NCBI GenBank assembly: GCA_963841365.1
Contig: CAWJDG010000032.1
Location: 25,339 to 89,338 of the forward strand
Direction of reading: 5' to 3'
DNA length: 64,000 nucleotides
Source: an uncultured Acidobacteriaceae bacterium
Lineage (GTDB): Bacteria > Acidobacteriota > Terriglobia > Terriglobales > Acidobacteriaceae
Positions 41,338 through 51,931 of the stretch are shown piece after piece. Position 1 is the stretch's first letter. Every line of letters begins with the position of its first letter. Made by a program: the position numbers and the translations under genes. The notes beneath the pieces were generated by a model that was not told the DNA's origin, did not search any database, and saw only the letters and a program-made list of their open reading frames with translations.

Positions 41338-42462
41338 ATGAACCTTGGCTTGGGACTCTATCGGCACATGCTCAACGACGAGTACTACTCCTTTGCCGTG
41401 CAGGCCGGTTGTACGCACGTCATCATTCATCTTGTCGACTACTTCAAGCAGGGAGAAGCCAACCCCGCGCACAACCAGCCCACCGGCGGCAAAGACAAGC
41501 CCTGGGGTGTGGCGGGCGACCCCGACCGCCTGTGGACCGCCGCCGAGCTCATCGCGCTCCGAAAGCAGATCGAAACTGCTGGCCTCAAGCTCGAAGGCAT
41601 TGAGAACCTCGACCCCGCGCACTGGTACGACATTCTCCTCGACGGCCCCAAACGCGCCCAGCACATGCAGAACGTGCACGCCATTCTGCGCGCCATGGGC
41701 GAAGCCGGCATCGGCACCCTCGGCTACAACTTCTCCATCGCTGGCGTCGCTGGCCGCACCAGCGGCCCCTTCGCACGCGGCGCCGCGGAATCAGTCGGCA
41801 TGGACGGCAACGTCGACACCCCCATCCCAAACGGCCAGGTCTGGAACATGATTGTCGACCCCGCCGCGCCCGCCGGCACGCTCCCCTCCATTGCCCACGA
41901 CGAGCTCTGGCGCCGCGTACAGCGATTCCTTGAAGAAGCGCTCCCCGTCGCCGAGAAATGCGGCGTCCGCCTCGCCGCGCACCCTGACGATCCGCCCACT
42001 CCCACCATGCGCCGCCAACCGCGCCTTGTTTATCAGCAGGCCATGTACCAGCGCCTCATTGACATTTCGCCCAGCCCCAGCAACATGCTCGAATTCTGCC
42101 TGGGAACCCTCGCCGAAATGACCGAAGGCGACATTTATCAGGCCGTCGAGCGCTACAGCGGCCAGCATCGCCTCGCTTACGTCCACTTCCGCAACGTCAG
42201 CGGCAAAGCGCCGCACTATCATGAAACCTTCATCGACGATGGCGACGTGGACATGCTGCGCATCCTATGGATCCTGCACAAAAACTCATTTGACGGAGTC
42301 ATCATTCCCGATCACGCCCCGCAAATGACCTGCTCCGCGCCCTGGCACGCCGGCATGGCGCACACGCTGGGCTTTCTCCGCGCAGGCATCAACGCGGTCG
42401 AGCGCGGCTTTGTGCCGGCTCCGCTGCTGCACGACGCCAAGGCGCCGCGCTCAGCGGTGTAG
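41338..42462 (+). CDS. uxuA: Mannonate dehydratase
   Basis: GYNF, LAAHPDDPP, YVHFRNV, IIPDHAP. Confidence 0.88.
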   Translation: MNLGLGLYRHMLNDEYYSFAVQAGCTHVIIHLVDYFKQGEANPAHNQPTGGKDKPWGVAGDPDRLWTAAELIALRKQIETAGLKLEGIENLDPAHWYDILLDGPKRAQHMQNVHAILRAMGEAGIGTLGYNFSIAGVAGRTSGPFARGAAESVGMDGNVDTPIPNGQVWNMIVDPAAPAGTLPSIAHDELWRRVQRFLEEALPVAEKCGVRLAAHPDDPPTPTMRRQPRLVYQQAMYQRLIDISPSPSNMLEFCLGTLAEMTEGDIYQAVERYSGQHRLAYVHFRNVSGKAPHYHETFIDDGDVDMLRILWILHKNSFDGVIIPDHAPQMTCSAPWHAGMAHTLGFLRAGINAVERGFVPAPLLHDAKAPRSAV

Positions 42463-42474
42463 GCTCAGCGAATG

Positions 42475-43659
42475 CTAATTCGGCGATGGCCTGTCAGCAT
42501 GGTCGATCACAATCACATCCACCATTGCCTTTGTAGCCTCCAGCTTTAGCCCGAGCTGTTCTCCAACGGCCACGAAGACTCCAGGCGGTGCATTTGGATC
42601 GCTGGTAGTGGCTCCGTCCGGCGTCCATTTCAAAGTGAAATCGTATCTGCCCGCAAGACCGGTCTGATCGACCACCGGTCTCTCCACCAGGTAGCCCATC
42701 ATTTCCGCAAACTCCTGTATGGTGGCATTCGTCTCTTTCAACTCAATCAGTTGAGAAGTCCAATGCGTAACGGTCTGATCGGGATTGCCGTTCGGGTCAC
42801 CTAGACTCTTCGCAAGTTTTGGACCGCTCTTTCCCACCTGGAGGCCGTAGACGGAAATCTCGCGGGTTTCATGGTGCAGCGTTAAGTTGAATCGGGAGGT
42901 AAGCAAACTGCGATACATGTCGCGCATCTGCTTCAGATTCGGCACCCCAATCACATCGGGAAAGCCATTCACATCGTATTTGTTCGTATTAAGCCACGCT
43001 GGTCCGCCTACAATCTGTTGTGCGTGAACTCCGTATGCGAACGAGATGATGTCGTCGACCGTCTCGTTGAAGCAGACGATGTGTCGTTCCCCCCTGGTGC
43101 CGAAGCCCTGCGAGGTCTGGTTGGGGTCGGTGGGCTTGATGGTGGCCACTTCAAACTCCGGCGTTGCGCCCGGCGGCATGTGATCTGTCGGTTTGGGAAC
43201 TTCCCAGGCAGTATCAGATGTGGCGCGCGCCAGGGAGATCGCATAGGAAGCCCCGCCGTACTTTAATGTTCCAGTGATCGATTTGCCATCCGCCCCGAGT
43301 TTGCCGTCAAAACTTCCTTCGGAAGAAATCTCAAACCGAAGGATCGATCCTTCGAATGTTATCGACGGCACATCTGATTCTCGTGTCCCTCCAACGCCCA
43401 TGCTGTAGAAGATGCCTTGCAACGCGCCCTTCCCGGCCTGGCTCTGATCTGCCTGCGTGATTTCCAGTATGATCCGAAACCCTCGGCCAGCCTCGACCGT
43501 CCCTTGCCAATTGCCCGTAATGTCCGGCGCATTCTGGGCTGGAAGAGGCCGGTTCGACAGGCTCAAGGTGATGAATGCAGCGAAGATTGCGATTTTCCAG
43601 ACACGGTGCATCAGGAGTGCGGTCGAACTTACTCTTTGAGGCTCACTTTTGCTCGCCAT
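42475..43659 (-). CDS. TIGR03435-family exported protein with extra N-terminal domain
   Basis: FEVATIKP, RPVVDQTGLAGRYDFTLKW, EQLGLKLE, IVIDHADRPSPN. Confidence 0.88.
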   Translation of the reverse strand: MASKSEPQRVSSTALLMHRVWKIAIFAAFITLSLSNRPLPAQNAPDITGNWQGTVEAGRGFRIILEITQADQSQAGKGALQGIFYSMGVGGTRESDVPSITFEGSILRFEISSEGSFDGKLGADGKSITGTLKYGGASYAISLARATSDTAWEVPKPTDHMPPGATPEFEVATIKPTDPNQTSQGFGTRGERHIVCFNETVDDIISFAYGVHAQQIVGGPAWLNTNKYDVNGFPDVIGVPNLKQMRDMYRSLLTSRFNLTLHHETREISVYGLQVGKSGPKLAKSLGDPNGNPDQTVTHWTSQLIELKETNATIQEFAEMMGYLVERPVVDQTGLAGRYDFTLKWTPDGATTSDPNAPPGVFVAVGEQLGLKLEATKAMVDVIVIDHADRPSPN

Positions 43660-43939
43660 TGCAGCAAGCCTTTCTCGACCTCGGCATACATGGTTGAACG
43701 GCTCGATCCGAGGCGGTAAATAGGGGAGCCTGCCGACACTTTCCCGGATCGATATGAATATATACCCGAAAATGCCGCCTGGCCTGTGCCGCGCGTGGGC
43801 CTCCGTGGCGCGCAGGGCTTCTGCCGTGCGGCACACTTCCGCCTTTCAAAGCCGACTGCTACCTCTCCGCAATTCGCTCAGACATAATAAGGAGAGACAG
43901 ACCTACGCCCTCGCATCATCCCGAAAGGACCTCATTCCC

Positions 43940-44716
43940 CTGACTTCCGAAAAGACAGTCCTCGACAAATTCAAACTCACCGGCAAATCTGCGCTCGTCA
44001 CCGGCTCGTCGCGTGGCCTCGGCGCCGCCATCGCTGTCGCTCTGGCCCAGGCCGGCGCCAGCGTCGCTGTTCACGGCTCCAGCACTGCTCCCAAAGCCAC
44101 GCAACACAAGATCGAGGCCCTCGGCGTCAAATCGGCCGCGCTGGTCGGCGACGTCGGCGACGCTGCGGTTTGCGCGCGCCTTGTCGCTGAGACCGTCCAG
44201 CACTTCGGCACCATCGACATTCTCGTCAACAATGCAGGCATCATTCGCCGCGCGCCCGCCGTCGACTACTCCCAAGAGGACTGGAAGGCCGTCATCGACG
44301 TGAATCTGAACAGCGTCTTTCACCTCATGCAGCATGCCGGCCGTCACATGCTCAAGCGCGGCTCCGGCAAAATTATCAACATTGCCTCGCTGCTCACGTT
44401 TCAGGGCGGCATTCTTGTCCCCGCATACGCCGCGGCCAAGGGCGGCGTCGGCCAGCTCACCAAAGCCTTTGCCAACGAATGGGCCGCCAAAGGCGTCAAC
44501 GTCAATGCCATCGCGCCCGGCTACATGGATACCGACAATACCGAGGCGCTCAAAAAGAATGCCGAGCGCGCGCGGCAAATCCTCGAGCGCATTCCCGCCG
44601 GCCGCTGGGGCCATCCTGACGACCTCGCCGGTGCTGCGGTCTTTCTTGCTTCCAGCGCCAGCGATTACCTTCACGGTCATGTGCTCGTAGTAGACGGCGG
44701 CTGGCTCAACCGATGA
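43940..44716 (+). CDS. kduD: 2-dehydro-3-deoxy-D-gluconate 5-dehydrogenase (SDR); start uncertain
   Basis: TGSSRGLG, IASLLTFQGG, YAAAK, GHVLVVDGGWL. Confidence 0.85.
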   Translation: MTSEKTVLDKFKLTGKSALVTGSSRGLGAAIAVALAQAGASVAVHGSSTAPKATQHKIEALGVKSAALVGDVGDAAVCARLVAETVQHFGTIDILVNNAGIIRRAPAVDYSQEDWKAVIDVNLNSVFHLMQHAGRHMLKRGSGKIINIASLLTFQGGILVPAYAAAKGGVGQLTKAFANEWAAKGVNVNAIAPGYMDTDNTEALKKNAERARQILERIPAGRWGHPDDLAGAAVFLASSASDYLHGHVLVVDGGWLNR

Positions 44717-44769
44717 TTTCGCCACCTCCGATTCCGAATATAATTCTGGCCGCGGTCCGAGGAAGTGAA

Positions 44770-45174
44770 ATGCTCGATAGTACTGCGCAAGTCCACACCG
44801 TGCTTGCATCCATCAATGCCGCTTGGCGCAACGGTCGTCCGTCGTCGATGCGCGAGTATCTTCATCCTGAAATCGTCATGGCTCTCCCGGGATTCAAAGA
44901 GTTCATTCATGGTCGCGAAATCCTGATCGGCAGCTTCGAAGAGTTCTGCAAAAACGCAAAGGTCATCGAGTACGAAGAGAGCGACGAGCACATCGATGTG
45001 ATCGAAGGCTGCGCGATCGTCACCTTCAAATTCAGAATGCTCTACGAGCGGCCCGCCTATCGTGAACTCTCACAAGGGCGCGACATGTGGGTCTTCCGGC
45101 AGCAGCAAGATCGCTGGATTGCGGTCTGGCGTGCCATGATTGAATTGTCGGCAGAACGCTCGCCAAAGCAATAG
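44770..45174 (+). CDS. NTF2-like / DUF4440 protein
   Basis: Size and pattern (LHPEIVM...GR...GRDMWVF...WIAVWR). Confidence 0.7.
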   Translation: MLDSTAQVHTVLASINAAWRNGRPSSMREYLHPEIVMALPGFKEFIHGREILIGSFEEFCKNAKVIEYEESDEHIDVIEGCAIVTFKFRMLYERPAYRELSQGRDMWVFRQQQDRWIAVWRAMIELSAERSPKQ

Positions 45175-45270
45175 CTCCGTCCGGCAGGGATTCCTGCGCC
45201 AGGTTTACCCGGCGTCTGCAGGCTTTTCACCCGTAGATCGACACTTTATGAAGACCTTCAGGGGAAAGAA

Positions 45271-45609
45271 ATGAAAGATGAGAGCGTCGTTTACACGGCA
45301 ACCGATGCCACCCGCGTCACCAGCCCCGAGCCCGGCATGCTGCGCCAGGTCCTGGCCTGGAACCCGCATCTCATGCTCGTTCGTCACACCTTTGAAAAAG
45401 GATGGAAGGGTGCACGCCATAGCCATCCGCATCATCAAATGGTCTATGTCGTGCGCGGCCACATCGTCTTTCAGGCCGCAGGCAAAAGCTGGCAGCTCCG
45501 CGCGGGCGACAGTGCGGTGGTTGACGGCGGCGTCGAGCACGAAGCTTCTGCCCTCGAACCCTCGGAGGTGCTCGACATCTTTACCCCTTATCGCGAAGAC
45601 TATGCATAA
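45271..45609 (+). CDS. Cupin, KdgF-like
   Basis: HSHPHHQ, GVEH, LDIFTPYREDY; close to kduD. Confidence 0.8.
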   Translation: MKDESVVYTATDATRVTSPEPGMLRQVLAWNPHLMLVRHTFEKGWKGARHSHPHHQMVYVVRGHIVFQAAGKSWQLRAGDSAVVDGGVEHEASALEPSEVLDIFTPYREDYA

Positions 45610-45682
45610 TGAGCAGTCTCCCGCCTGTTCGCAATGCCATCTGCGTCAAACGCTTCATGCTATGGAGGTTTAGGAGATAACG

Positions 45683-46501
45683 ATGAAGATCCGTTGGATT
45701 GCAACCTTGGCGCTGCTTTGCGCCTCCTCGATCACCTTGCTTGCGCAGCCGCCTGCACCCGATTCTGGCATCATCGGCATTGCGCACATTGCCTTCCGCG
45801 TCAGTGATCTGGATCGCGAGATCGCCTTCCTGGGCAAGCTCGGTTACGAAGAGTCGTTCGCCATAACCAACGGCGGCAGCACCACTGAGGTCTTCATCAA
45901 GATCAACGACCGCCAGTTCATTGAGCTTTACCCGCAAACCGCCCCGACGCAGCCCATCGGTTGGATGCACGTTTGCTATGAGGTCGGTGATCTCAACATC
46001 CTCTACAAGTTCTACGACTCTATGGGGCTCAAACTGAGGCCGGTACAAAAGGCCGCGGCCGGCAATCTCATCTCTTCTGTCAACGACCCCGAGGGCCGTG
46101 TCACCGAGTTCACCCAGTACATGCCCGGTTCGCGCCACACACTCGACCGCGGACAGCACCTCGGCGTGGGCCGCATCTCCACCGAACTGATGGGCTTTGA
46201 CCTGCCGATACGCGAGGGCGCTGCCATGAAGGAGTTCTACACCGATCTTGGATTCGAGGCGGAGAATGTAAACGGCAATGTGCGCTTGACCGCTCCCGCA
46301 GCTCCCGACTTGCACATCGAGATCCGCGCGGTAACCCCCAACTCCCAGCCCGAATTCCTCTTCCCGGTCCCCGACGCGCGCAAAGCTGCCGATGAAATGA
46401 AGCAGGCAGGCCTCAAGGCCACCCGCCTCGACAAGATTCTCTTTGTCCACGACCCCGACGGTAATGCTTTTGTCTTCCTCGAAACCGGTCCGAACAAGTA
46501 A
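45683..46501 (+). CDS. Secreted VOC/glyoxalase-family protein
   Basis: Signal peptide, GIAHIAFRVSDL, DPEG, DPDGN. Confidence 0.8.
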   Translation: MKIRWIATLALLCASSITLLAQPPAPDSGIIGIAHIAFRVSDLDREIAFLGKLGYEESFAITNGGSTTEVFIKINDRQFIELYPQTAPTQPIGWMHVCYEVGDLNILYKFYDSMGLKLRPVQKAAAGNLISSVNDPEGRVTEFTQYMPGSRHTLDRGQHLGVGRISTELMGFDLPIREGAAMKEFYTDLGFEAENVNGNVRLTAPAAPDLHIEIRAVTPNSQPEFLFPVPDARKAADEMKQAGLKATRLDKILFVHDPDGNAFVFLETGPNK

Positions 46502-46513
46502 AGGCTCGTTCCC

Positions 46514-47749
46514 TCAGTGAATCGTCTTCGACTTATGCTGCATGTAATCCATCAGCAGATACTGTCCCAGTGTCGCCGGAGTCGTGAAGTACGCCTTGCC
46601 CCTGCACATTTCTGACACCTTGTGCACGAACTGCACCAGGCCGTAGTCCGAAGCCAGCATGAACGTGTTGATCATCACGTTTGACCGCTTGCAGCGCGCT
46701 ACTTCTTCCAGCGTCTCGCTCACCACCAGCGGGTCCAGCCCATAAGGATTCTTGTAAATCCTTCCGTCGGGCAGCGTCAGAGCCGAAGGTTTTCCGTCCG
46801 TGATCATCACAATCTGCTTCATGTCCTTCCGCTGTCGCGCCAGTACGCGCTGTGCCACGCGTAGGCCTTCGCGCGTGTTCGTATGCCACGGTCCCACCTT
46901 CACACGCGCCAGGTGCGACACCGGCATCTCCTCTGCCGAATCGTGAAACAGCACCAGCGACAGCGAATCGCCCGGATACTGTGTGCGGATCAGGTGCGAC
47001 AGCGCCATCGCCACGCGCTTCGCCGGCGTAAAGCGGTCTTCGCCGTAAAGAATCATCGAGTGCGAGCAGTCCAGCATCACCACCGTCGCGCACGAGCTCT
47101 GGTAATCGCATTGGTGTACCTGCAGATCTTCGTATTCCAGGTTCAGCGGCAGCCCCAGCCCCTCGCGCGAAATCGCCGAGCTCAACGTCGCCGTCACGTC
47201 CAGGTTCAGTGTGTCGCCGAACTCATACCGCCGCGAGCCGCCGCTGGTCTCAATCCCCGTCGCCCAATGTCGCGTGTCGTGCCGTCCAAAGCTCGACTTG
47301 CCCAGCGACCCCATCAGATCGCGCAGCGTCTTGAAGCCCAGAAAGTCTAGGCTCTTGTCGGTCACTTCGAACCGCACCCGTCCCTCCGCGTCGCTCGAGT
47401 GTCCATTTACCTCGTCAATGCGTGTCGGACCATCCTGCCGCATCGAAGAGATATAGTTCTCCTGCTCCATCCGCTCCATCAACTTATCGATCAACTCATC
47501 CAGCTTGCCTTGCGCCTCCAGTTGCTTCAGTTGCTCGCGCATCTCTTCGTCGAAAGCGGCGCCTGATTCCAGCACGCGGCGCAGTGCCTCTCGCAGATCG
47601 TCGAGATTGTGGTCCAGATCCTCGAAGCCGTTGTATGGATCGTAGAATCCCGAGTTGAGCAGGTAGTCAGACAGCGCCTGCAGCAGCCCCTCGAGATCGA
47701 CCTCCGAGGCCAAGTCGCCGTTATACTTCGTGTAATGAACCCGCTTCAT
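46514..47749 (-). CDS. VWA-domain protein
   Basis: MIDAS DCSHS, TNT, ITDGKP. Confidence 0.88.
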   Translation of the reverse strand: MKRVHYTKYNGDLASEVDLEGLLQALSDYLLNSGFYDPYNGFEDLDHNLDDLREALRRVLESGAAFDEEMREQLKQLEAQGKLDELIDKLMERMEQENYISSMRQDGPTRIDEVNGHSSDAEGRVRFEVTDKSLDFLGFKTLRDLMGSLGKSSFGRHDTRHWATGIETSGGSRRYEFGDTLNLDVTATLSSAISREGLGLPLNLEYEDLQVHQCDYQSSCATVVMLDCSHSMILYGEDRFTPAKRVAMALSHLIRTQYPGDSLSLVLFHDSAEEMPVSHLARVKVGPWHTNTREGLRVAQRVLARQRKDMKQIVMITDGKPSALTLPDGRIYKNPYGLDPLVVSETLEEVARCKRSNVMINTFMLASDYGLVQFVHKVSEMCRGKAYFTTPATLGQYLLMDYMQHKSKTIH

Positions 47750-47768
47750 CCCACTCCCAGTCCCTGCC

Positions 47769-49309
47769 TTAGTTCAACCCCTGCCCCCTACGCCTGCGCC
47801 GTGCTCGTTCCCAATCTTCATACTCTGTTTCCAGCTCCTGCCTCTCCTGGCCTTGTACCTCGAGTTCACGCTTGCGTGGGCTTTCTTGGGCGGCAAAACC
47901 ATGCTGCTCATTGCGGCTCAGCTTGCGATGCGCCACCAACCCTTCCAGCAGAAACTCCGCTGCAGCCACCACCTTCGGCGCCGCATCGTTTGCTTTCACC
48001 CCTAGCGGCGACAGCTTTTCCAAAAGTCCCTGGATCCCCTTTAACTCTTTCAGCGACGCCGCGGCCGCCTGTGTCTCTTCGAGCTTCACCGTGCCGCCGA
48101 AATTGAACCACTCCTCAATCTGGTGCGTGTCCACGCCCGCAAAGTAGCAGTCGAAAATCTTGCCCACCGCCATGCGGATCAAGTCCCGCACCACCGTGTC
48201 GGCGCCCTTCATCTCGCCCTCGTACTCCAGCTCCAGCTTTCCCGTGATACCCGGGATCGCGGCGTAGATATCGCTCACGCGCGGCAGCACCGGCGTTCTC
48301 GCCCGTAATCAGCGCACGCCGCTCCGCGTTTGAAATCACCAGCTCCGTGGTCGAGATCGGCAGCCGCTGGCTTACGCCGCTGCGCTTGTCCACTTTCTTG
48401 TCTTCGCGCGCTGAAAAGGCCACCTGCTCCACAATCTCGCGCAGATATTCGGCATCTCAATCGCCGTCCGCTCCGCGCTCTGCCCATGCCTCCTGCGCCG
48501 TAATCGCGATGCCCTCTTCGAGCGTCTCCGGATAGTGCGTGCGAATCTCCGATCCAATGCGGTCCTTCAACGGCGTAATAATCTTGCCGCGCGCCGTGTA
48601 GTCCTCGGGATTGGCGCTGAACACCAGCGCCAAATCCAGCTCCAGCCGCACCGGGTAGCCTTTGATCTGAACATCGCCTTCCTGCATGATGTTGAACAGC
48701 GCCACCTGGATCTTCCCGGCGAGGTCCGGCAGCTCGTTGATCGCGAAAATCCCGCGATTGGCCCGCGGCAGCAGGCCGTAATGCATCGTCAGCTCGCTTG
48801 AAAGATCGTCACCCGCCGCGCGCCGCCTTGATCGGATCCAAATCCCCAATCAAATCGGCAACGGTCACGTCCGGTGTCGCCAGTTTTTCCACGTAGCGGT
48901 GCTCTCGCGAAATCCACGCAATTGGTGTCGCATCTCCTCGATCGGCAATCAGGTGACGGCAGCGCACGCACAACGGCCGGTAAGGATTGTCGCGGATCTC
49001 GCATCCCGCCACGTACGGCATCTGCTCGTCCAGCAGCGCCGTAAGCGCGCGCAAAATCCGGCTCTTCGCCTGTCCCCGCAACCCCAGCAGAATGAAGTTC
49101 TGTTTCGAGAGAACGGCATTCACAATCTGCGGGATCACCGTGTCCTCGTAGCCCACAATGCCCGGAAATACCGTTTCGCGTGCTTTCAGGCGCGCCATCA
49201 GGTTTTCGCGCATCTCGTTCTTCACGCTGCGAGCTTTCAGCCGTGCTTCTGAAAATTGATTGCAGGCGCGCAGTTCGCCAATTGTGCGGGGAAGAGCAGT
49301 TGCAGGCAT
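47769..49309 (-). CDS. AAA+ ATPase (ChlI/MoxR-like), split by three or more frameshifts
   Basis: [33 protein letters not shown] in successive frames; breaks near 48812, 48460 and 48293. Confidence 0.85.
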
Positions 49310-49803
49310 TCGTGACCTCCTGGCATCCGGCTCCCTGCCTGAAAGCCGGCCTTGCTAGATCATGTTTCAAAAATAGCTCAGTATCAGGGCACGGCATAAG
49401 CTGTGCCGTAAACGGAGCAAGAATCGATAAGGCCTTCAGCCCCTGGGGGAAGCTCTGGCACCACATGGATCGAGTTCGTGAGGCCACTCTAAAGAGACGT
49501 GCAAAGCAAAGAATTGGCGCGAAAGGGGGAAGTCTCTGCACGCAATCATTCAAATGCATCATTGCGCCATGCACGCAGTATGCACCCATTTGCCCAAATC
49601 GCAAAATGCAGCGAAGGAGTCGCATCGTCGAACGGAAATGGTGGGAAAACAGATGCGTCACAATGACAGCGGCACAAACGCGGCGGGATGAGCAAGAAGT
49701 GTCAGGGCTCGACTTTACTTGTGCTGAATTAGCCAAGAACTAACGTAGCCTTAAACCCCTGAGAAACGCATTTCTACTGGCAATTGGCTCGCCGCGAACA
49801 GCT

Positions 49804-49998
49804 CTAATTCCGTGCCGCGTGCTCCGCTGCCGCTCTTTCCTGCGCCAGCAGTTGCGCTAAAGCTTTTTCCGGACACATGTGATGCGCTTCCCGTGCGTCC
49901 AGCTCTTTTTCCGTCTCCACGCACGAGGCAATAGTCAAAAAGCAGTCGAGGCACCGCGAGTTGTAGCTGCCATTCTCGTTTTGGGTGCGGCTGTACAT
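49804..49998 (-). CDS. Small CxxC...HxC putative metal-binding protein
   Basis: 64 aa with RCLDCFLTI...EAHHMC. Confidence 0.6.
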   Translation of the reverse strand: MYSRTQNENGSYNSRCLDCFLTIASCVETEKELDAREAHHMCPEKALAQLLAQERAAAEHAARN

Positions 49999-50109
49999 GG
50001 CATTCTCGAGGGAAATTACCCAACGATCGTAGCCGCATCTTGATTTTCTTGCCCGTGACTCGCATCACCTACGCATGTTCACGCGCTCTCCACACTCTCG
50101 GTGCACCGC

Positions 50110-50164
50110 CCAAAGCCTCGGTGCCCCATTCATGGCGCAGCAGTATCGCGCCATGAGTGGGAGA
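50110..50164 (+). repeat. REP-like palindrome family A, copy 1
   Basis: GGTGCCCCATTCATGGCGC-loop-GCGCCATGAGTGGGAGA. Confidence 0.85.
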
Positions 50165-50230
50165 CGACACCGTCCCATTCGAATCATCCCACCCAGCACG
50201 ATCGCATGGGTGGGAAACAGGGTAGGAAAC

Positions 50231-50527
50231 CTAGTACGCCGGCCCGCCCACATTCTCCCATTGATTGGGATTTCGCTTCAGATGCCAGCACGGATCCTCG
50301 CCCCCCTGCGGAAACAGCGCCACTGCGCACGAAACATCCGCCGTGCCCAGAAAGTCGTATTCGGTCTTTTGCCCCTTGAGCGGAATCACCATAAACCGGC
50401 TCACAGAAACCGTCGATTGCGGCGACCGGCGCAGCCGGTACACCGTCCAATCCGCCGCGTACGCCGTCAAGGTAATCGCAGCAATCGCCACCAGCACGCG
50501 CAACACCCACAGGCCTAACCAGCGCAT
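50231..50527 (-). CDS. Small hypothetical membrane-anchored protein
   Basis: N-terminal TM, C...LFPQGG..PCW. Confidence 0.65.
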   Translation of the reverse strand: MRWLGLWVLRVLVAIAAITLTAYAADWTVYRLRRSPQSTVSVSRFMVIPLKGQKTEYDFLGTADVSCAVALFPQGGEDPCWHLKRNPNQWENVGGPAY

Positions 50528-50614
50528 CGTCTTTCCTCTTCCGATCCGGTCTGTTCGCAGGCTCCCGTTCCTAGGGCCCGGGGCTTTTGCTGAAAGCTGG
50601 AACCTTGCCCCGTT

Positions 50615-50655
50615 CCCCATTTAGGTCGCAGTTGTATCGAGCCATGAGTGGGAGA
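50615..50655 (+). repeat. REP-like palindrome family A, degenerate copy 2
   Basis: CCCCATTTAGGTCGCAGTTGTATCGAGCCATGAGTGGGAGA. Confidence 0.7.
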
Positions 50656-50694
50656 CCACTGCCCTCAACCCTGCCATGACAGGAAAGCCGCCCT

Positions 50695-51714
50695 TCAGAA
50701 CTTCACGCTCGCCGCCCTCGGCGAAATCCCGCTCAGCTCCGCTGCCCGCGCCTCGGCATACGCGGCCGCGCCAATCAGCGCCGTGCGGCTTTCCAGAATC
50801 ACCCTCACGGGAATATTCACCAGCAGTTGGCTCATCCTTCCCTTGTCGGTAAAGGCCTTCATAAACGTCCCGTCCTTCAGCTTCTCCAGGATCCGTGGCG
50901 CAATTCCTCCGCCCACATACAACCCGCCCACCGACAAAATCTTCAGCGCCAGGTTGCCCGCCTCCGCTCCGTAGGCCGAAACAAACATGTCCAGCGTCTT
51001 CTCACACAGCTCGCTCTTGGCCTCCATAGCGCTTTCAGTAATCACCGCGTTCGGATCCTCGTGCCTCATCCGCTCAGCCAGCCACGCCGGCTCTTCCAGG
51101 CCGCGCACTTCGCGCAGATATTCGTAGATATTCGTCAGCCCCTGTCCGCTTACCAACCGCTCAAAGCTGATGCGCCCGTTGTACTTCTGCCACAAAAAGC
51201 GCAACAGGTTTATTTCCTCTTCACTGCGCGGCGCATAATCCGAGTGCCCGCCCTCTGAAGGGTAGGGAACATAATCGCGCCCATCCCAAACCAGAAAAGC
51301 CTCTCCCAGCCCCGTGCCCGCCGAGATCAGTGCTCGATTGCCCACCTGGGCCATGTCGCCCTCGCTTAGCGTGTAAATCTGGTCGGCGTCCAATTCCGCA
51401 ATCCCGTATCCGTTCGCCTGCAAATCGTTAATCAAAAAAACGTAATCAATCTTCAGGTTCTTGGCCAGCTCGCGGCTGTCCAGGGTCCACGGCAAATTGG
51501 TCAGCCGCAACCGCCCCTCCCGCACCGGACCCGGCACGCCAAAACACGCCGCCGTCACTTTCTCCTGCAGCACAAACTCCTTCACAATCGCTTCCAGCCC
51601 GGAGTACTCCTTTGCCGGGTACTGCTTATCGCGCGCGTGCTTCAGGTTCCCATCCGTAAATTCGAACAGCGCCAAGTGAACCTTGGTGCCGCCTACATCT
51701 CCTGCCAAAATCAT
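50695..51714 (-). CDS. glk: Glucokinase
   Basis: LAGDVGGT, LINDL, GTGLG, SEGGH, GGGIAP. Confidence 0.95.
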   Translation of the reverse strand: MILAGDVGGTKVHLALFEFTDGNLKHARDKQYPAKEYSGLEAIVKEFVLQEKVTAACFGVPGPVREGRLRLTNLPWTLDSRELAKNLKIDYVFLINDLQANGYGIAELDADQIYTLSEGDMAQVGNRALISAGTGLGEAFLVWDGRDYVPYPSEGGHSDYAPRSEEEINLLRFLWQKYNGRISFERLVSGQGLTNIYEYLREVRGLEEPAWLAERMRHEDPNAVITESAMEAKSELCEKTLDMFVSAYGAEAGNLALKILSVGGLYVGGGIAPRILEKLKDGTFMKAFTDKGRMSQLLVNIPVRVILESRTALIGAAAYAEARAAELSGISPRAASVKF

Positions 51715-51931
51715 TCAATTCCTCTCTAACCTGTTAAAAGAATTGTGTCTCATGCCGCAGCCCATCCACCGCAACGAAAAATCATTGCTTTGAAAGTGTA
51801 CGGCTGAATCGGGGGTCTCAGTCGTCCCGAAAAACACGACGCCTTCGAACGGCACGGCTCTAGCTGCGCCGAAAACGACGCAAAATGAAGATGGGCCTAG
51901 CCTCCGGGGGGAGCTCTTCCAGTCCGGCCTG

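Noticed and set aside
47769-49309. Programmed frameshifting or true pseudogene in the AAA+ gene
   Set aside because: No slippery heptamer seen and similar indels occur across unrelated genes, so sequencing error is more parsimonious.
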